A DNA stretch of 64,000 bases from IMG/VR virus record IMGVR_UViG_3300042362_000298, positions 4,313 through 68,312 of that record; one strand, given 5' to 3'. The position numbers and the translations under genes were made by a program. The stretch is from a virus. Positions 54,526 to 63,425 of the stretch are shown piece after piece (position 1 is the first letter of the stretch; every line of letters begins with the position of its first letter). The notes below the pieces were generated by a model. The model made no database searches. It saw only the letters and a program-made list of their open reading frames with translations, and had not been told where the DNA came from.

Positions 54526-55257
54526 TCAACCACGCCCGTAGGCAGGAAGATTGAGCGCGTTGGTCTCAAAGAAAGCCGGCACCGTGCTGGCGCGAGTTTC
54601 GTTCAGCTCAGGAGCCTTTCCGCTGTAGAACAAACTGTCGCTTTGACGCAGCCAGAAGTCCTTGTCAAGATATTTATTGTCCGATGATCCAAGCTTGTCA
54701 TAAATCCATAGCGCCGTCATCTTGCGAAGCTTGTTCAGACTGTCACCATACTTTTCGCCAGCTTCTTCGCAAATCTTTGTGTGGCAGAAGGCGTGACAGA
54801 TTTCATCGCGAGAAATATCCGTTGCAACAGTGCGAAGCCCTTTGTCTCCATTGAAGCGAAAGAAAGGAAGAATGGTAAAGAACAAGCTCCGCTCTAGTAC
54901 TGCCACTTTGGCCATGGGATGGGCAGGATGGTCGTACCAAGCCTGACGAATGCGCATCGCTTCCTTCTCTGCTTGTTCGTTCGTGCCATGAGCAGCAGCA
55001 ACGTAGTTGAGAGCTTCGTCATGACGTTCTTCGTCTTTAATGTTGCTATAGATGCTTTCAATGAGCCCAGGACTGTTAGGAAGTTCCCGCTCTAGGCCCT
55101 CAAGAAGCATGTCCTTCACAGGCAGTTCAAGGTGACGAATGGCAAGGGCGCGGAAAATCGTTTCCTCAGAGCCTTCCACAAAATCACCTTTAGTAACAGG
55201 CACTGCTTGCCAAGGACGCTTGCGGGCAACTGCAGAAAAATAATCAAGAACTGCCAT
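54526..55257 (-). CDS. nrdB: ribonucleotide reductase class I beta subunit (ferritin-like)
   Basis: HLE, DEERH, VLERSLFF, DISRDEICH; directly after the alpha subunit. Confidence 0.85.
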   Translation of the reverse strand: MAVLDYFSAVARKRPWQAVPVTKGDFVEGSEETIFRALAIRHLELPVKDMLLEGLERELPNSPGLIESIYSNIKDEERHDEALNYVAAAHGTNEQAEKEAMRIRQAWYDHPAHPMAKVAVLERSLFFTILPFFRFNGDKGLRTVATDISRDEICHAFCHTKICEEAGEKYGDSLNKLRKMTALWIYDKLGSSDNKYLDKDFWLRQSDSLFYSGKAPELNETRASTVPAFFETNALNLPAYGRG

Positions 55258-55333
55258 GTGAAAAGAAGCAATGGTAAAAACAAAGGACGACAAACAAGGG
55301 CAGCTAATGCTGCCCCATTGTCTTAAACGTGGC

Positions 55334-56764
55334 TCACTCTGCGCAGGCGCTACAGAAGCCAGCTTCCAAAGAACAAGCCTCAGGCTCGTCCAAGCTAAAG
55401 AAGTCGGCCAGACTCTCTCCCAAGTCTACTCCAACATCGTCCTTTGCTTGTGTGCCTGATTGCACTTGCAGCGCATAGTAAATAGACGATTGAGGACTGG
55501 CAAGCCATTCGCGAAGAAAAGCTTCATCACAAACGGTCATATCAGACCACCAGTTCATGGAATAGCCATGGAAAAGACCAGTGCGGCGCATCAGCTCAAC
55601 AATGCCATCGGCTACTTTTTTAAATGCTTCCCAGCCCACTTGCTCTGCAATCTCCACTGGCCCATATTCAAATCTTTCCACACCCATCGTCTCGCTATCG
55701 CGGTCAATAATTTGGTCAATGGGAGGAGCAATTTCAGGAGCAGTCGTAAAGCCTCTAGAGTCCAAATACCTATAAGAGCATGAAGCCGTGGGAGCAATGG
55801 TAAAGGCACGTTCCATACCATGCTGCCTGGCAATGTCCGCAGCACCAAGCAAACCTAATTGAATGGCGGCTACGGCGTCGCCAGCACGTTGATCAGTCCA
55901 ATGATGGCACCAAGGATGAGGATCCTCATCAAGATAAGCTTCCAAAGCTTTGCCAAAATCTTCGTAGGAGATGTCATGAATGGAAAGGAAATTAGCTAAA
56001 CCAAGAATGCCAAGCCCCACTTGCTTGTCAATGGAAGGCGAAAGGTATTCGCCAGTGTCGCCCACGCCAGTGGAAGGATGAAGCTCGCACAGTTGCTTCA
56101 TACCATCCTTAAAAGCTTGCTCTACATCATTGATGCCACAAGCACCGAGATTGACATGCTGTAGAAGACAAGTGCCACGATGAGGAAGATAAATTTCGAG
56201 GCAGACATTTCCACGCAAGCGTTCTCCTTTTTCGTTATAGCGAATCTTATTGAGCCAAACATCTCCGCTGGAAATGCCCTGGCATAATGCTTTGATGAAT
56301 TCAGGCGAAGATTTATCAAGAAATTGCTCATCCACATCAATGCAGCGCTTTGCCCATGGAAATTCTGATCGCGGAGCAGTGATTAAATCAATGGCATCGG
56401 GATGGTCGTAGTCAAGATGTAAAACAACAGCACCATTTTTGTACTTGCCACCACGACGCAGAATTTCATTGAGCGTGGAATAGATTTTGCCAAAGCTGAG
56501 TGGACCACTCGCAACAAGCCCTTTGCCATTTTCTTGGCCTTTGGGACGCAAGTTGGAAAGATGCACTGCCACGCCAGCGCCATTACGAAGGCCATGGGAA
56601 ACAAAGCGCCACGATTGCTCAATGCCATCTGGCCCTTCCATTGAATCTTCCACGACGAACACCGTGCAACTCACGGCCAAGCGCCCCTCAGGATCATTTA
56701 ACCAGCTCTCCACTCGTCCAGTTCGAGCAATCTTTTCGCACTTTGCGCTTTCTTTGAGCTTCAT
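55334..56764 (-). CDS. nrdA: ribonucleotide reductase alpha subunit, short cyanophage type
   Basis: VSCTVF, RRGG, NVCLEI, TCLL, IAPTASCS, YY pair, C-terminal CxxxxxxCxxCAE. Confidence 0.9.
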   Translation of the reverse strand: MKLKESAKCEKIARTGRVESWLNDPEGRLAVSCTVFVVEDSMEGPDGIEQSWRFVSHGLRNGAGVAVHLSNLRPKGQENGKGLVASGPLSFGKIYSTLNEILRRGGKYKNGAVVLHLDYDHPDAIDLITAPRSEFPWAKRCIDVDEQFLDKSSPEFIKALCQGISSGDVWLNKIRYNEKGERLRGNVCLEIYLPHRGTCLLQHVNLGACGINDVEQAFKDGMKQLCELHPSTGVGDTGEYLSPSIDKQVGLGILGLANFLSIHDISYEDFGKALEAYLDEDPHPWCHHWTDQRAGDAVAAIQLGLLGAADIARQHGMERAFTIAPTASCSYRYLDSRGFTTAPEIAPPIDQIIDRDSETMGVERFEYGPVEIAEQVGWEAFKKVADGIVELMRRTGLFHGYSMNWWSDMTVCDEAFLREWLASPQSSIYYALQVQSGTQAKDDVGVDLGESLADFFSLDEPEACSLEAGFCSACAE

Positions 56765-56816
56765 GAGACAACAAAGCCCGCTTTGCGCGGGCCGAACGAA
56801 CACTCCTTACTGTAGC

Positions 56817-57005
56817 TCAGTCGCAAAGCCCTTCAGGATCACTTCCACTTTGCTGATCCCTAGCAAAAAGCAACGCTTCGCTTTTTGTACGGAAATAATA
56901 CGGCTTACCTCCGTAAGCAATGAACCATTGATAGCCAGGGCGACTGTGAACGGGCCAAAGCTTAATCGCTCCAGCCATGAAAGGCATTGGCAGATCATCT
57001 AGCAT
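56817..57005 (-). CDS. hypothetical protein
   Basis: WFIAYGGKPYYFRTKSEALLFA. Confidence 0.6.
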   Translation of the reverse strand: MLDDLPMPFMAGAIKLWPVHSRPGYQWFIAYGGKPYYFRTKSEALLFARDQQSGSDPEGLCD

Positions 57006-57096
57006 GGCACCAAAGCTTAATCCTTCCACGCTATCAAAAGAAACAATGGGGGGAGAGTAGGATTGGCTACAAAGCTAGAAAATTAACAATCGCACA

Positions 57097-58065
57097 ATGT
57101 ACATTGCCCTGTTGTTTTCTGGCCATAAGCGTAGCTTTATGAAGCATGCAGGACGATGGCGGGAACTAATTGATGCGCTCGAGGCTGATGGCGCCATTGT
57201 CAATTGCTTTTTCCATTCTTGGACGGTGGATTGTCAAGTGGAGCAACGAGGAAGGCAGCGCATTGAAGGCTCCTATGTGAAGGTGCCTTTGGAAGGCAAG
57301 CAAGAAATGATTAACGCGCTTCCTTTTAAGAACTATTGCTTCGAGGATGAAGAACAAGCGGAAGCTCAATTAGTGCTACCGGAACGAGCCTTTCTATTGG
57401 ACAAACAAGCTGCAAAGAAGCACATTGGCATGCAGCTCTATTCCATGCAGCGCAGCTATGAGCAAATGGTTCAATGGGAAAAAGAAAATGACATAGAGCA
57501 TTCCACCATTGTTAAGCTTCGTTTTGATATAGAGCCTAAGCGCTGGGACAAAAGAGAATTTTTTCTTTCCGAAGACCCTCGCTTTGCTCGTTTGCTCATT
57601 GCCTCTAACGAAGCAGTGCATAAGCATCCAGGAGGCGGAGGAGGCTGTTTAACTTGCTGCGAGCAGCATCGTAAATGGTGGGAACAGGGCTGGCGAGATA
57701 AAAGAAGCGAGGGGCCAGAGCCCGAAGATGAATTATGGCAGCATGAAGGGGCTCATGGCAACGACATTTGCGACCTTTATGCCATTGGCAATCGTTTGAC
57801 AATGGAAAGGTATATGACGGTGTATAGCCGAGCAACAAAGCTCTATTCTCCAGAACTGTTTGAGAGCACTTTTAATTTTGTGAAAACCATTCTCAAAAAG
57901 CCTTTCAGCGCTTGCAGCGTGGATGATCGTGATTTGCGCTTGGCATTGCGCAACAAAGACATGGAAGATCATCGCCTCGCCTGCTTCTATCCCGAACGTC
58001 TTCAGAGGCTCAATCTAGAAGGCTTTAGCGTGCTGCATGCCGCTTCAATGTTTTACAGAGACTAA
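57097..58065 (+). CDS. putative glycosyltransferase-like protein
   Basis: IALLFSGH.R, FFHSW, QLYS, KLRFD, D.YAIG, PE motifs of a phage GT-like family. Confidence 0.6.
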   Translation: MYIALLFSGHKRSFMKHAGRWRELIDALEADGAIVNCFFHSWTVDCQVEQRGRQRIEGSYVKVPLEGKQEMINALPFKNYCFEDEEQAEAQLVLPERAFLLDKQAAKKHIGMQLYSMQRSYEQMVQWEKENDIEHSTIVKLRFDIEPKRWDKREFFLSEDPRFARLLIASNEAVHKHPGGGGGCLTCCEQHRKWWEQGWRDKRSEGPEPEDELWQHEGAHGNDICDLYAIGNRLTMERYMTVYSRATKLYSPELFESTFNFVKTILKKPFSACSVDDRDLRLALRNKDMEDHRLACFYPERLQRLNLEGFSVLHAASMFYRD

Positions 58066-58466
58066 TCCGCTAAGTATTTCTCAACAAAATCTTTGCTGAT
58101 CAAAAAGGGGCCAAACAGGAGATCAAGCTGCTCTAGCTCTTCTTCGTCTTCCATCATTTCTTCGCAAAGCCAGCAATGTACAAGAGTGAGAATTCTGTCC
58201 GTAGCTTGTAGCGAATCAATTTTCCTTTCTATCGCCTCTTCCACTACTGACGAGCATTGCTCATGAATGCCTTTTGTAATGGTCTTCTTGCCATTGGCTT
58301 CTTCCATGGCGGCGTAATAACCAAAAGCAGCGGCAGTGGCTTTATCGGCGCACCATTCAAAACCAGCAAAGCGCTTCTTCAGCTCAGAAAGGGAAGGTTC
58401 AGACATTTCAGGACACAGGGTGTATTTAGTGGCGAGGCGACAAAGCTCCTCAAGAGAATAAGTCAT
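58062..58466 (-). CDS. hypothetical protein
   Basis: 134-aa ORF; TAATG overlap. Confidence 0.6.
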   Translation of the reverse strand: MTYSLEELCRLATKYTLCPEMSEPSLSELKKRFAGFEWCADKATAAAFGYYAAMEEANGKKTITKGIHEQCSSVVEEAIERKIDSLQATDRILTLVHCWLCEEMMEDEEELEQLDLLFGPFLISKDFVEKYLAD

Positions 58467-58705
58467 TACCAGTCAGGGTAAAAAGAAGACAAGCTTTCTT
58501 CCCCATGATCAATGGAAAAGGAAAGGAGGTCAAATTGATAACCATCGTATCTTGGAAAGCTGGTTTTGTAAAAGCTGGCTTTGGGCAGTTGCATGAGCTT
58601 CTCAAACATTGCTAGCACTTTGTTCTTATAGCGCCTGCTGGGCGTGTGGATGCGCCATACGGAACGCACTTCCGAAACCGTTTCAAAGGGGTCGTGGTAG
58701 CTCAT
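58466..58705 (-). CDS. hypothetical protein
   Basis: 79-aa ORF. Confidence 0.6.
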   Translation of the reverse strand: MSYHDPFETVSEVRSVWRIHTPSRRYKNKVLAMFEKLMQLPKASFYKTSFPRYDGYQFDLLSFSIDHGEESLSSFYPDW

Positions 58706-58872
58706 GGCTTCTCAGGCAGGCTTCAGCATAGCCGCTTTATTCCCAATTGAATTGTTAAGAAATTCTTTAATTTTTAAGCTTCATTGCCCAAAACCCTAGT
58801 AAAACCGTCGCAGAAGACCCACAGGCCGATATATGATAGGCATAGGCGCAGCAGCCGCCTGAAATAGTTAAC

Positions 58873-59049
58873 GATGGTTGTTAACGCTGCAAGGAAGGTC
58901 GCCTCGCGAAGGAAGCCCTCAAGGCGATTGTTTCAAGCGACCTTCCTCCTGGCCCTCTCGAAAAGCTTTCATAAGCTCCCTTCGCAGAGGCCCGATACGC
59001 GCAGAAGCCCCCAAGGCGATTGTTCCAAGGGCCTCTTCTAACAACCATC
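58873..59049. ncRNA. three-armed structured element (RNA or ssDNA)
   Basis: 11-bp perfect closing stem GATGGTTGTTA/TAACAACCATC and 10-bp arm GGAAGGTCGC/GCGACCTTCC. Confidence 0.45.
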
Positions 59050-59472
59050 TCCTAAACGACTTTCTTCTTCTGCTTAAATGCTCGTAAATAGCCTCGAGCC
59101 GCTGAAAGTGTGCGCAGCAGCAATAGAAAAATGAAAATTAAGCAATAATTTATGCCATAACGGCATTACTAAGAAAAATCTATGGGAAAGGCATTAATCT
59201 ACGCCGCTTTGGGCGGCTTCTTCTCGTAAGCCTTTCCTTGGTGCGAACAATCTTAATGCGCTCACTCCAATGCATTGCAGACTAGATCGTTCGCGCAGTG
59301 CGCACTAGCTTTATAAGCACGTTCGTAAATTGTTGGAGTGGGTGTAAATATTGGGCAGAAAAAGTCGTTTGAAAATATCCCGTCATCAATTTTGGGATAC
59401 CCCGCACCTCTGCAAAACTTTTTGCCGTGCTACTGCGCTGCAGCCAATCTACCACCAATCCGCCGCCAATTC

Positions 59473-59488
59473 TGTAGCCGTTGATACA
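59473..59488. promoter_or_regulatory. NtcA-type box TGTA-N8-TACA
   Basis: TGTAGCCGTTGATACA in non-coding DNA. Confidence 0.45.
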
Positions 59489-59615
59489 GTTTCATGGTTT
59501 GCAATGATTAGGAATGCTGGACAACCGGCAAATCTGGAGAATTCCCCCCTTGCCCAAGCAATAGAAAGGCCCCACCTAATGGCAGGGCCTGCAGCCAGGA
59601 GACAGCCTGGGCCCC

Positions 59616-61469
59616 TTATTCGGCCCATTGAGTGGTGCTGAAAGCTGCCCGACCACCCCCGGCCAGGGGCTGCCATGCACCGACCAAAGGCTGAAGGCTG
59701 AAGGCTGCAGCCTCGGGCCCCCGGCCCCTGCTGGCCTTGGTGCGCAACAGCACAGCCACGCCGTCAAACCCTAGGGGCTGAGGCCCTGCAGGATCGGCCC
59801 AGCGGTGATCGGTGGCATCCCCATCAATGCACAGCAAGCGGGCCACGCTGTCCCCATCGCGCAGGATCAGTACGTCGGGCAGGGGCTGCCCCTTTGCAAA
59901 GCCTGCAGGCACAGCCAGCCGGAATCCTGCGGTGATGGCGGTCAGTGCTTGGGCAATGCCCCCCGGTCTATCAGCAGCCAGGGAGGCTGTAACGTCCCAT
60001 CCTGCCGATCGTTGGGCCTGCAGGCCCAGGGGGCCAGCTACAGGGGCCTTGCTGTACTCATACAGTCTGACGGTGCCTGCAGGGGCCAGGGCCAGGGCCT
60101 CAGCCAGGGTGATTCCTTGGCCAGGGGCTACGGGCAGCCCGTAACGACGGGCCAGGGCTTGGGCCTCTGCAGGGCTGACAGTGAAACGCCACAAGTGGAT
60201 GGGGCTGTCATCGGTGCCCCTAAGTCTGACAGCCAGGGGCAGCCCCTTTGCCTGGGCCTGCCGGTAAGCCCGCGCAATAGCCCACAGCACGGCCCGAGAG
60301 TAGACGGGGCCCCCGGCCAGCATGGCAAGCGTGCGACGGGCACGGGCTGCTGCCACGGTCACAGACAAACCCCCGTGGCCAGCCCAAGCCAGGCAGCCAG
60401 CCGCGCAGCCTTTGGAAGCCCAGGGGCATCCATTATGGGCCATGGCCAGGGCCAGGGTATCAGTACTGCTGGCCAGTTCAGCCAGACCAGGCACCCGCGA
60501 CCGTGGGGCTGTGGGGCCAGCCTCAGGTCCTGCAATGGCAGCAGCCAGGGAACGAGCGGGCAGATGGTGCAGGATCACGGGCCAGGCCAGGGCTACCCCC
60601 TTTGCAAGCTTGGCATTGGATGCCCCCACTGTCAGCAGCCCGTCAAGGCTGAGGCCAAACCTTTGGAGCAGGGCTGCCACGTCAGCAGGCAGGCGGGCAG
60701 GGGCCACGCTACGGGCCAGGGGGCCAGGGGCCACGCTACGGCCAGGGGCTGCAGGGGCAGGGGCTGCAGGCAGCCGCCCCGTGATCTCAGCCCCCACCTT
60801 TGCCAGCAGCCGCAAAGGGGCGCCCTGATCCACGGCCTCTAGGGCGGCCTCAGTCGCAGCCTGTCGCCAATCACGGCGGCCCTCAGCGGCCAGGGCTGCA
60901 GCAGACTCTCCCGGATCATCCCAGGCCACACGGCCACCACGGGCAGGATGGCGCCATTCTCTGCCCTGCTGCGGCTGCTGCTGCTGCTGGGAGTAGGTCA
61001 CAAAGGCGGGTAGCTCAGGGCTCAGATCCTCCCAGGCCATGGCCAGGGCCAGATCCTCCTGATCAGCCTGCAGGGCCTCAGGGCTCAGATCCTCCCAGGC
61101 AAGGGCCACCGTCAGATCGTCCTGGGCCTGCCGCACAAAGGCGGGTAACTCAGGGCCGGGGCCTGCAGGGGCAGGGGCTGCAGGGGCAGCGGCAGCGGCT
61201 GCAGCCTTGACGGCACGGGCACGGGCAGCGGCGGCATGATCGCGCAGCAGGGCAGCGGCCACGTCTGCCAGCGTCTGGCAGGGGGTGGCGCATGCACCGG
61301 GCAGCCAAACGTTCCATCCGTAGCGGCCCGCATTGTCCAGGCGGATCATGCGGCTGCCAATGGCACGGGCGGCGGCCTCAATGCGGGCGGCAGTGTAGCG
61401 GGGGCGGGGGGCCAGATAGGCGAGGCCCTCGGCTGCTGTAAGGGCGGGGGCGGGGGTGGTGGTGCGCAT
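59616..61469 (-). CDS. GP88-family (radical-SAM-like) protein with low-complexity N-terminal half
   Basis: SNAKLAK, CPWASKGCAAGCL, VRLRGTDD, YEYSK, IDGDATDHRWAD. Confidence 0.75.
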   Translation of the reverse strand: MRTTTPAPALTAAEGLAYLAPRPRYTAARIEAAARAIGSRMIRLDNAGRYGWNVWLPGACATPCQTLADVAAALLRDHAAAARARAVKAAAAAAAPAAPAPAGPGPELPAFVRQAQDDLTVALAWEDLSPEALQADQEDLALAMAWEDLSPELPAFVTYSQQQQQPQQGREWRHPARGGRVAWDDPGESAAALAAEGRRDWRQAATEAALEAVDQGAPLRLLAKVGAEITGRLPAAPAPAAPGRSVAPGPLARSVAPARLPADVAALLQRFGLSLDGLLTVGASNAKLAKGVALAWPVILHHLPARSLAAAIAGPEAGPTAPRSRVPGLAELASSTDTLALAMAHNGCPWASKGCAAGCLAWAGHGGLSVTVAAARARRTLAMLAGGPVYSRAVLWAIARAYRQAQAKGLPLAVRLRGTDDSPIHLWRFTVSPAEAQALARRYGLPVAPGQGITLAEALALAPAGTVRLYEYSKAPVAGPLGLQAQRSAGWDVTASLAADRPGGIAQALTAITAGFRLAVPAGFAKGQPLPDVLILRDGDSVARLLCIDGDATDHRWADPAGPQPLGFDGVAVLLRTKASRGRGPEAAAFSLQPLVGAWQPLAGGGRAAFSTTQWAE

Positions 61470-61712
61470 GACCTGGGGGGGTGAGTGGGCCCAGCTCTCG
61501 CCGGGATACCCCCATTAGAGGGCCTGCCCCCGTATCACGTCAACCAAAGGGGCAGGCTAGGGGGCCAGTTGCAAAGGTGGCCCACTAGCCCAGGACTGCA
61601 GGGGGCCAGAGATGGTAGGGGCTGCCGCTGCTGCTGCCCGTGATCGCCACCCCCCGTAGAAGTAACCGCGCAGGCGCACGCGCCTACCATGAAACAAGCG
61701 AGAATGGCGGCC

Positions 61713-61958
61713 TGATCAGCAGCGCTGATCATTGGCTCTGGTCCCATAGGCTCAGCTTGTCTGATCAGCTCAGCTTGTCATGCGGGCCACGGCTCATAGG
61801 CTCAGCTTGTCAGATAGGCGCAGCTTGTCAGAGGAGACGGTCAGATCAGCTCAGCTTGTCAGATAGGCTCAGTCTATGGGAGAGGGGCTGGCCCATAGGG
61901 CTGGCTTGTATGATCAGCCGGGCTGATCATTGGGGCGGGAATCATAGGACCAGCTTAT
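61713..61958. repeat. array of paired 15-bp ATAGG/ATCAG-N5-CTTGT/CTGAT sites, ~49-50 bp period
   Basis: sites start at 61715, 61746, 61764, 61796, 61814, 61845, 61863, 61895, 61913, 61944. Confidence 0.85.
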
Positions 61959-61960
61959 GT

Positions 61961-62089
61961 AGTACGTTTGTACTACTATGCGGCTATGCGCATAGGAGAA
62001 TAGTAGTACGCTTGTACCATAGTACGCCTGTACTATTGAGAACGATTCTCATTATCAGTAGTACGTTTGTACTATAGTACGTTTGTATC
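61961..62089. promoter_or_regulatory. five cyanobacterial LexA-type boxes (AGTAC-N3-TGTAC)
   Basis: at 61961, 62005, 62021, 62060 and 62076 (last degenerate); matches RGTACNNNDGTWCB. Confidence 0.7.
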
Positions 62090-62139
62090 ATTGAGAACGA
62101 TTCTCATTCTCACGGGGGGAAATGAGAACCATTCTTACT
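62035..62139. promoter_or_regulatory. three Fur-type boxes (A(T/A)TGAGAA-N3-TTCT(C/T)A)
   Basis: 19-bp near-palindromes at 62035, 62090, 62121. Confidence 0.6.
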
Positions 62140-62140
62140 A

Positions 62141-62209
62141 ATACCGAGCTGGCCGGGTCTTTTAGGCACCCAGCCGGGTCTTGATACCGAGCTGGCCGGG
62201 TCTTTTAGG
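62141..62209. repeat. 26-bp direct repeat with a third core copy
   Basis: ATACCGAGCTGGCCGGGTCTTTTAGG at 62141 and 62184; GCCGGGTCTT also at 62173. Confidence 0.85.
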
Positions 62210-62780
62210 ACGCTGGCCGGACCCTGCCTTTTAAGTTTTGATCTTGATGTTTCCAGCTTTCAAATCTGCAAATCTTTTTAATTGTATGATAAGCAACATT
62301 AAATTCTTTTGAAAGAAAATAAGCGCTTTCTCCATGTTTAACACGCAAGCGAATTGCGCTTACCTCCCAAGATGCAAGCTTAGCATTTTTCTTTGCTGCG
62401 CCACACGCTTGTAAACCATTGACCCATGCATGCCTTGCGTTATCACTATTGGTGGTCCATTCAAGATTAGAAATATGACTATTAAGCTTATTTCCGTCTT
62501 TGTGATTTACGCACCACTTATCAGCTCCCAGTCCAACTTCCCCAGGGGCAGGAGGCATCCATGAAAGTCGCATCAAATAATAAATAGCACGAGGTTGCGA
62601 CCTGCTGCCTTCTCTTAGTAACACCCATGGATAAGGATGAGTTGCATCGGTTTGGGGACTCATTAACCCTTTCTTGAAAACGCTCCAAACATCACCGTTT
62701 TCGTTAATAAAATAGCGCCCGCCATACCCTGGGACCTCCTTGAATCCCTTGGGCACGCTGCTATGCTTGTCTGTAGCCAT
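62205..62780 (-). CDS. NUMOD4-HNH homing endonuclease
   Basis: FKEVPGYGGRYFINENGDV; VNHKDGNKLN...NLEWTT..DN..HA; C-terminal HTH. Confidence 0.88.
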   Translation of the reverse strand: MATDKHSSVPKGFKEVPGYGGRYFINENGDVWSVFKKGLMSPQTDATHPYPWVLLREGSRSQPRAIYYLMRLSWMPPAPGEVGLGADKWCVNHKDGNKLNSHISNLEWTTNSDNARHAWVNGLQACGAAKKNAKLASWEVSAIRLRVKHGESAYFLSKEFNVAYHTIKKICRFESWKHQDQNLKGRVRPAS

Positions 62781-62859
62781 GGCCAAACCTTCTCTTTGGT
62801 AGTGGTTAGAAACGGCGCGGGACTGGCATCTCGCGTCGTTTTGCCATGCTAACGCACAA

Positions 62860-63015
62860 TCACCAGCCTTGGCCTGCTTGAGCCGCCGCGACGGCGGCTT
62901 CTTCGTCCCTGTACGGCCCTCCCACCTCTTCTCCATCGTCCTCATACCAGTACCAGCCTTCCACAAGCTCTGTGCCCTTGCAGCAGGCTTCAGAGAAATA
63001 ATCAACCAGTATCAC
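62860..63015 (-). CDS. small hypothetical protein (51 aa)
   Basis: GTGA overlap; ...EGWYWYEDDGEEVGGPYRDEEAAVAAA. Confidence 0.55.
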   Translation of the reverse strand: MILVDYFSEACCKGTELVEGWYWYEDDGEEVGGPYRDEEAAVAAAQAGQGW

Positions 63016-63425
63016 GAGAATTCTCCAATAATGTAGTCAAAAGGGCCGTCGCCACCATGGCCAATGCAATGGTCAGGATACAAGGCATGCCTGGCAAGCC
63101 CACAAGGTCCAATCGTAGCGTGATTGTCTGCTAACCATTTCTTGTCGAAAAGCTTTTCTGACCGTCCTTTTCTATCCCAAACAATGGAAAAGAAAAGAGC
63201 AGGATCAATGGAATCTCCATACTCGTTTCTGATTTCATAGTCTTCTTCTTCTGTTTTGTAATGAATGTAGCTCCATAAAGTGGCCCAATTGTCTAAACCA
63301 AGCTCAGGATATACGTGCAAGCCAAAGCACCAGCCCTTAGAACTCTTGCCGAGGTGTAGGGGCTTTTCTGGTTCCTTGCCGCAATGCTCACAAGAAGGAG
63401 CGTGCAGGAAATAGTTAGTGCCCAT
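63012..63425 (-). CDS. conserved hypothetical phage protein
   Basis: MGTNYFL..CEHCG...LHLGKSS.GW.F, I.NEYG, ends GEFS. Confidence 0.75.
   Translation of the reverse strand: MGTNYFLHAPSCEHCGKEPEKPLHLGKSSKGWCFGLHVYPELGLDNWATLWSYIHYKTEEEDYEIRNEYGDSIDPALFFSIVWDRKGRSEKLFDKKWLADNHATIGPCGLARHALYPDHCIGHGGDGPFDYIIGEFS

Noticed and set aside
61960-61975. TAGT-N8-ACTA as a cassette site
   Set aside because: The spacer is 8 bp and the sequence is better explained as a LexA box.
61713-62139. CRISPR array
   Set aside because: The repeats are short, degenerate and of several types, the spacers are too short, and no cas genes are present.
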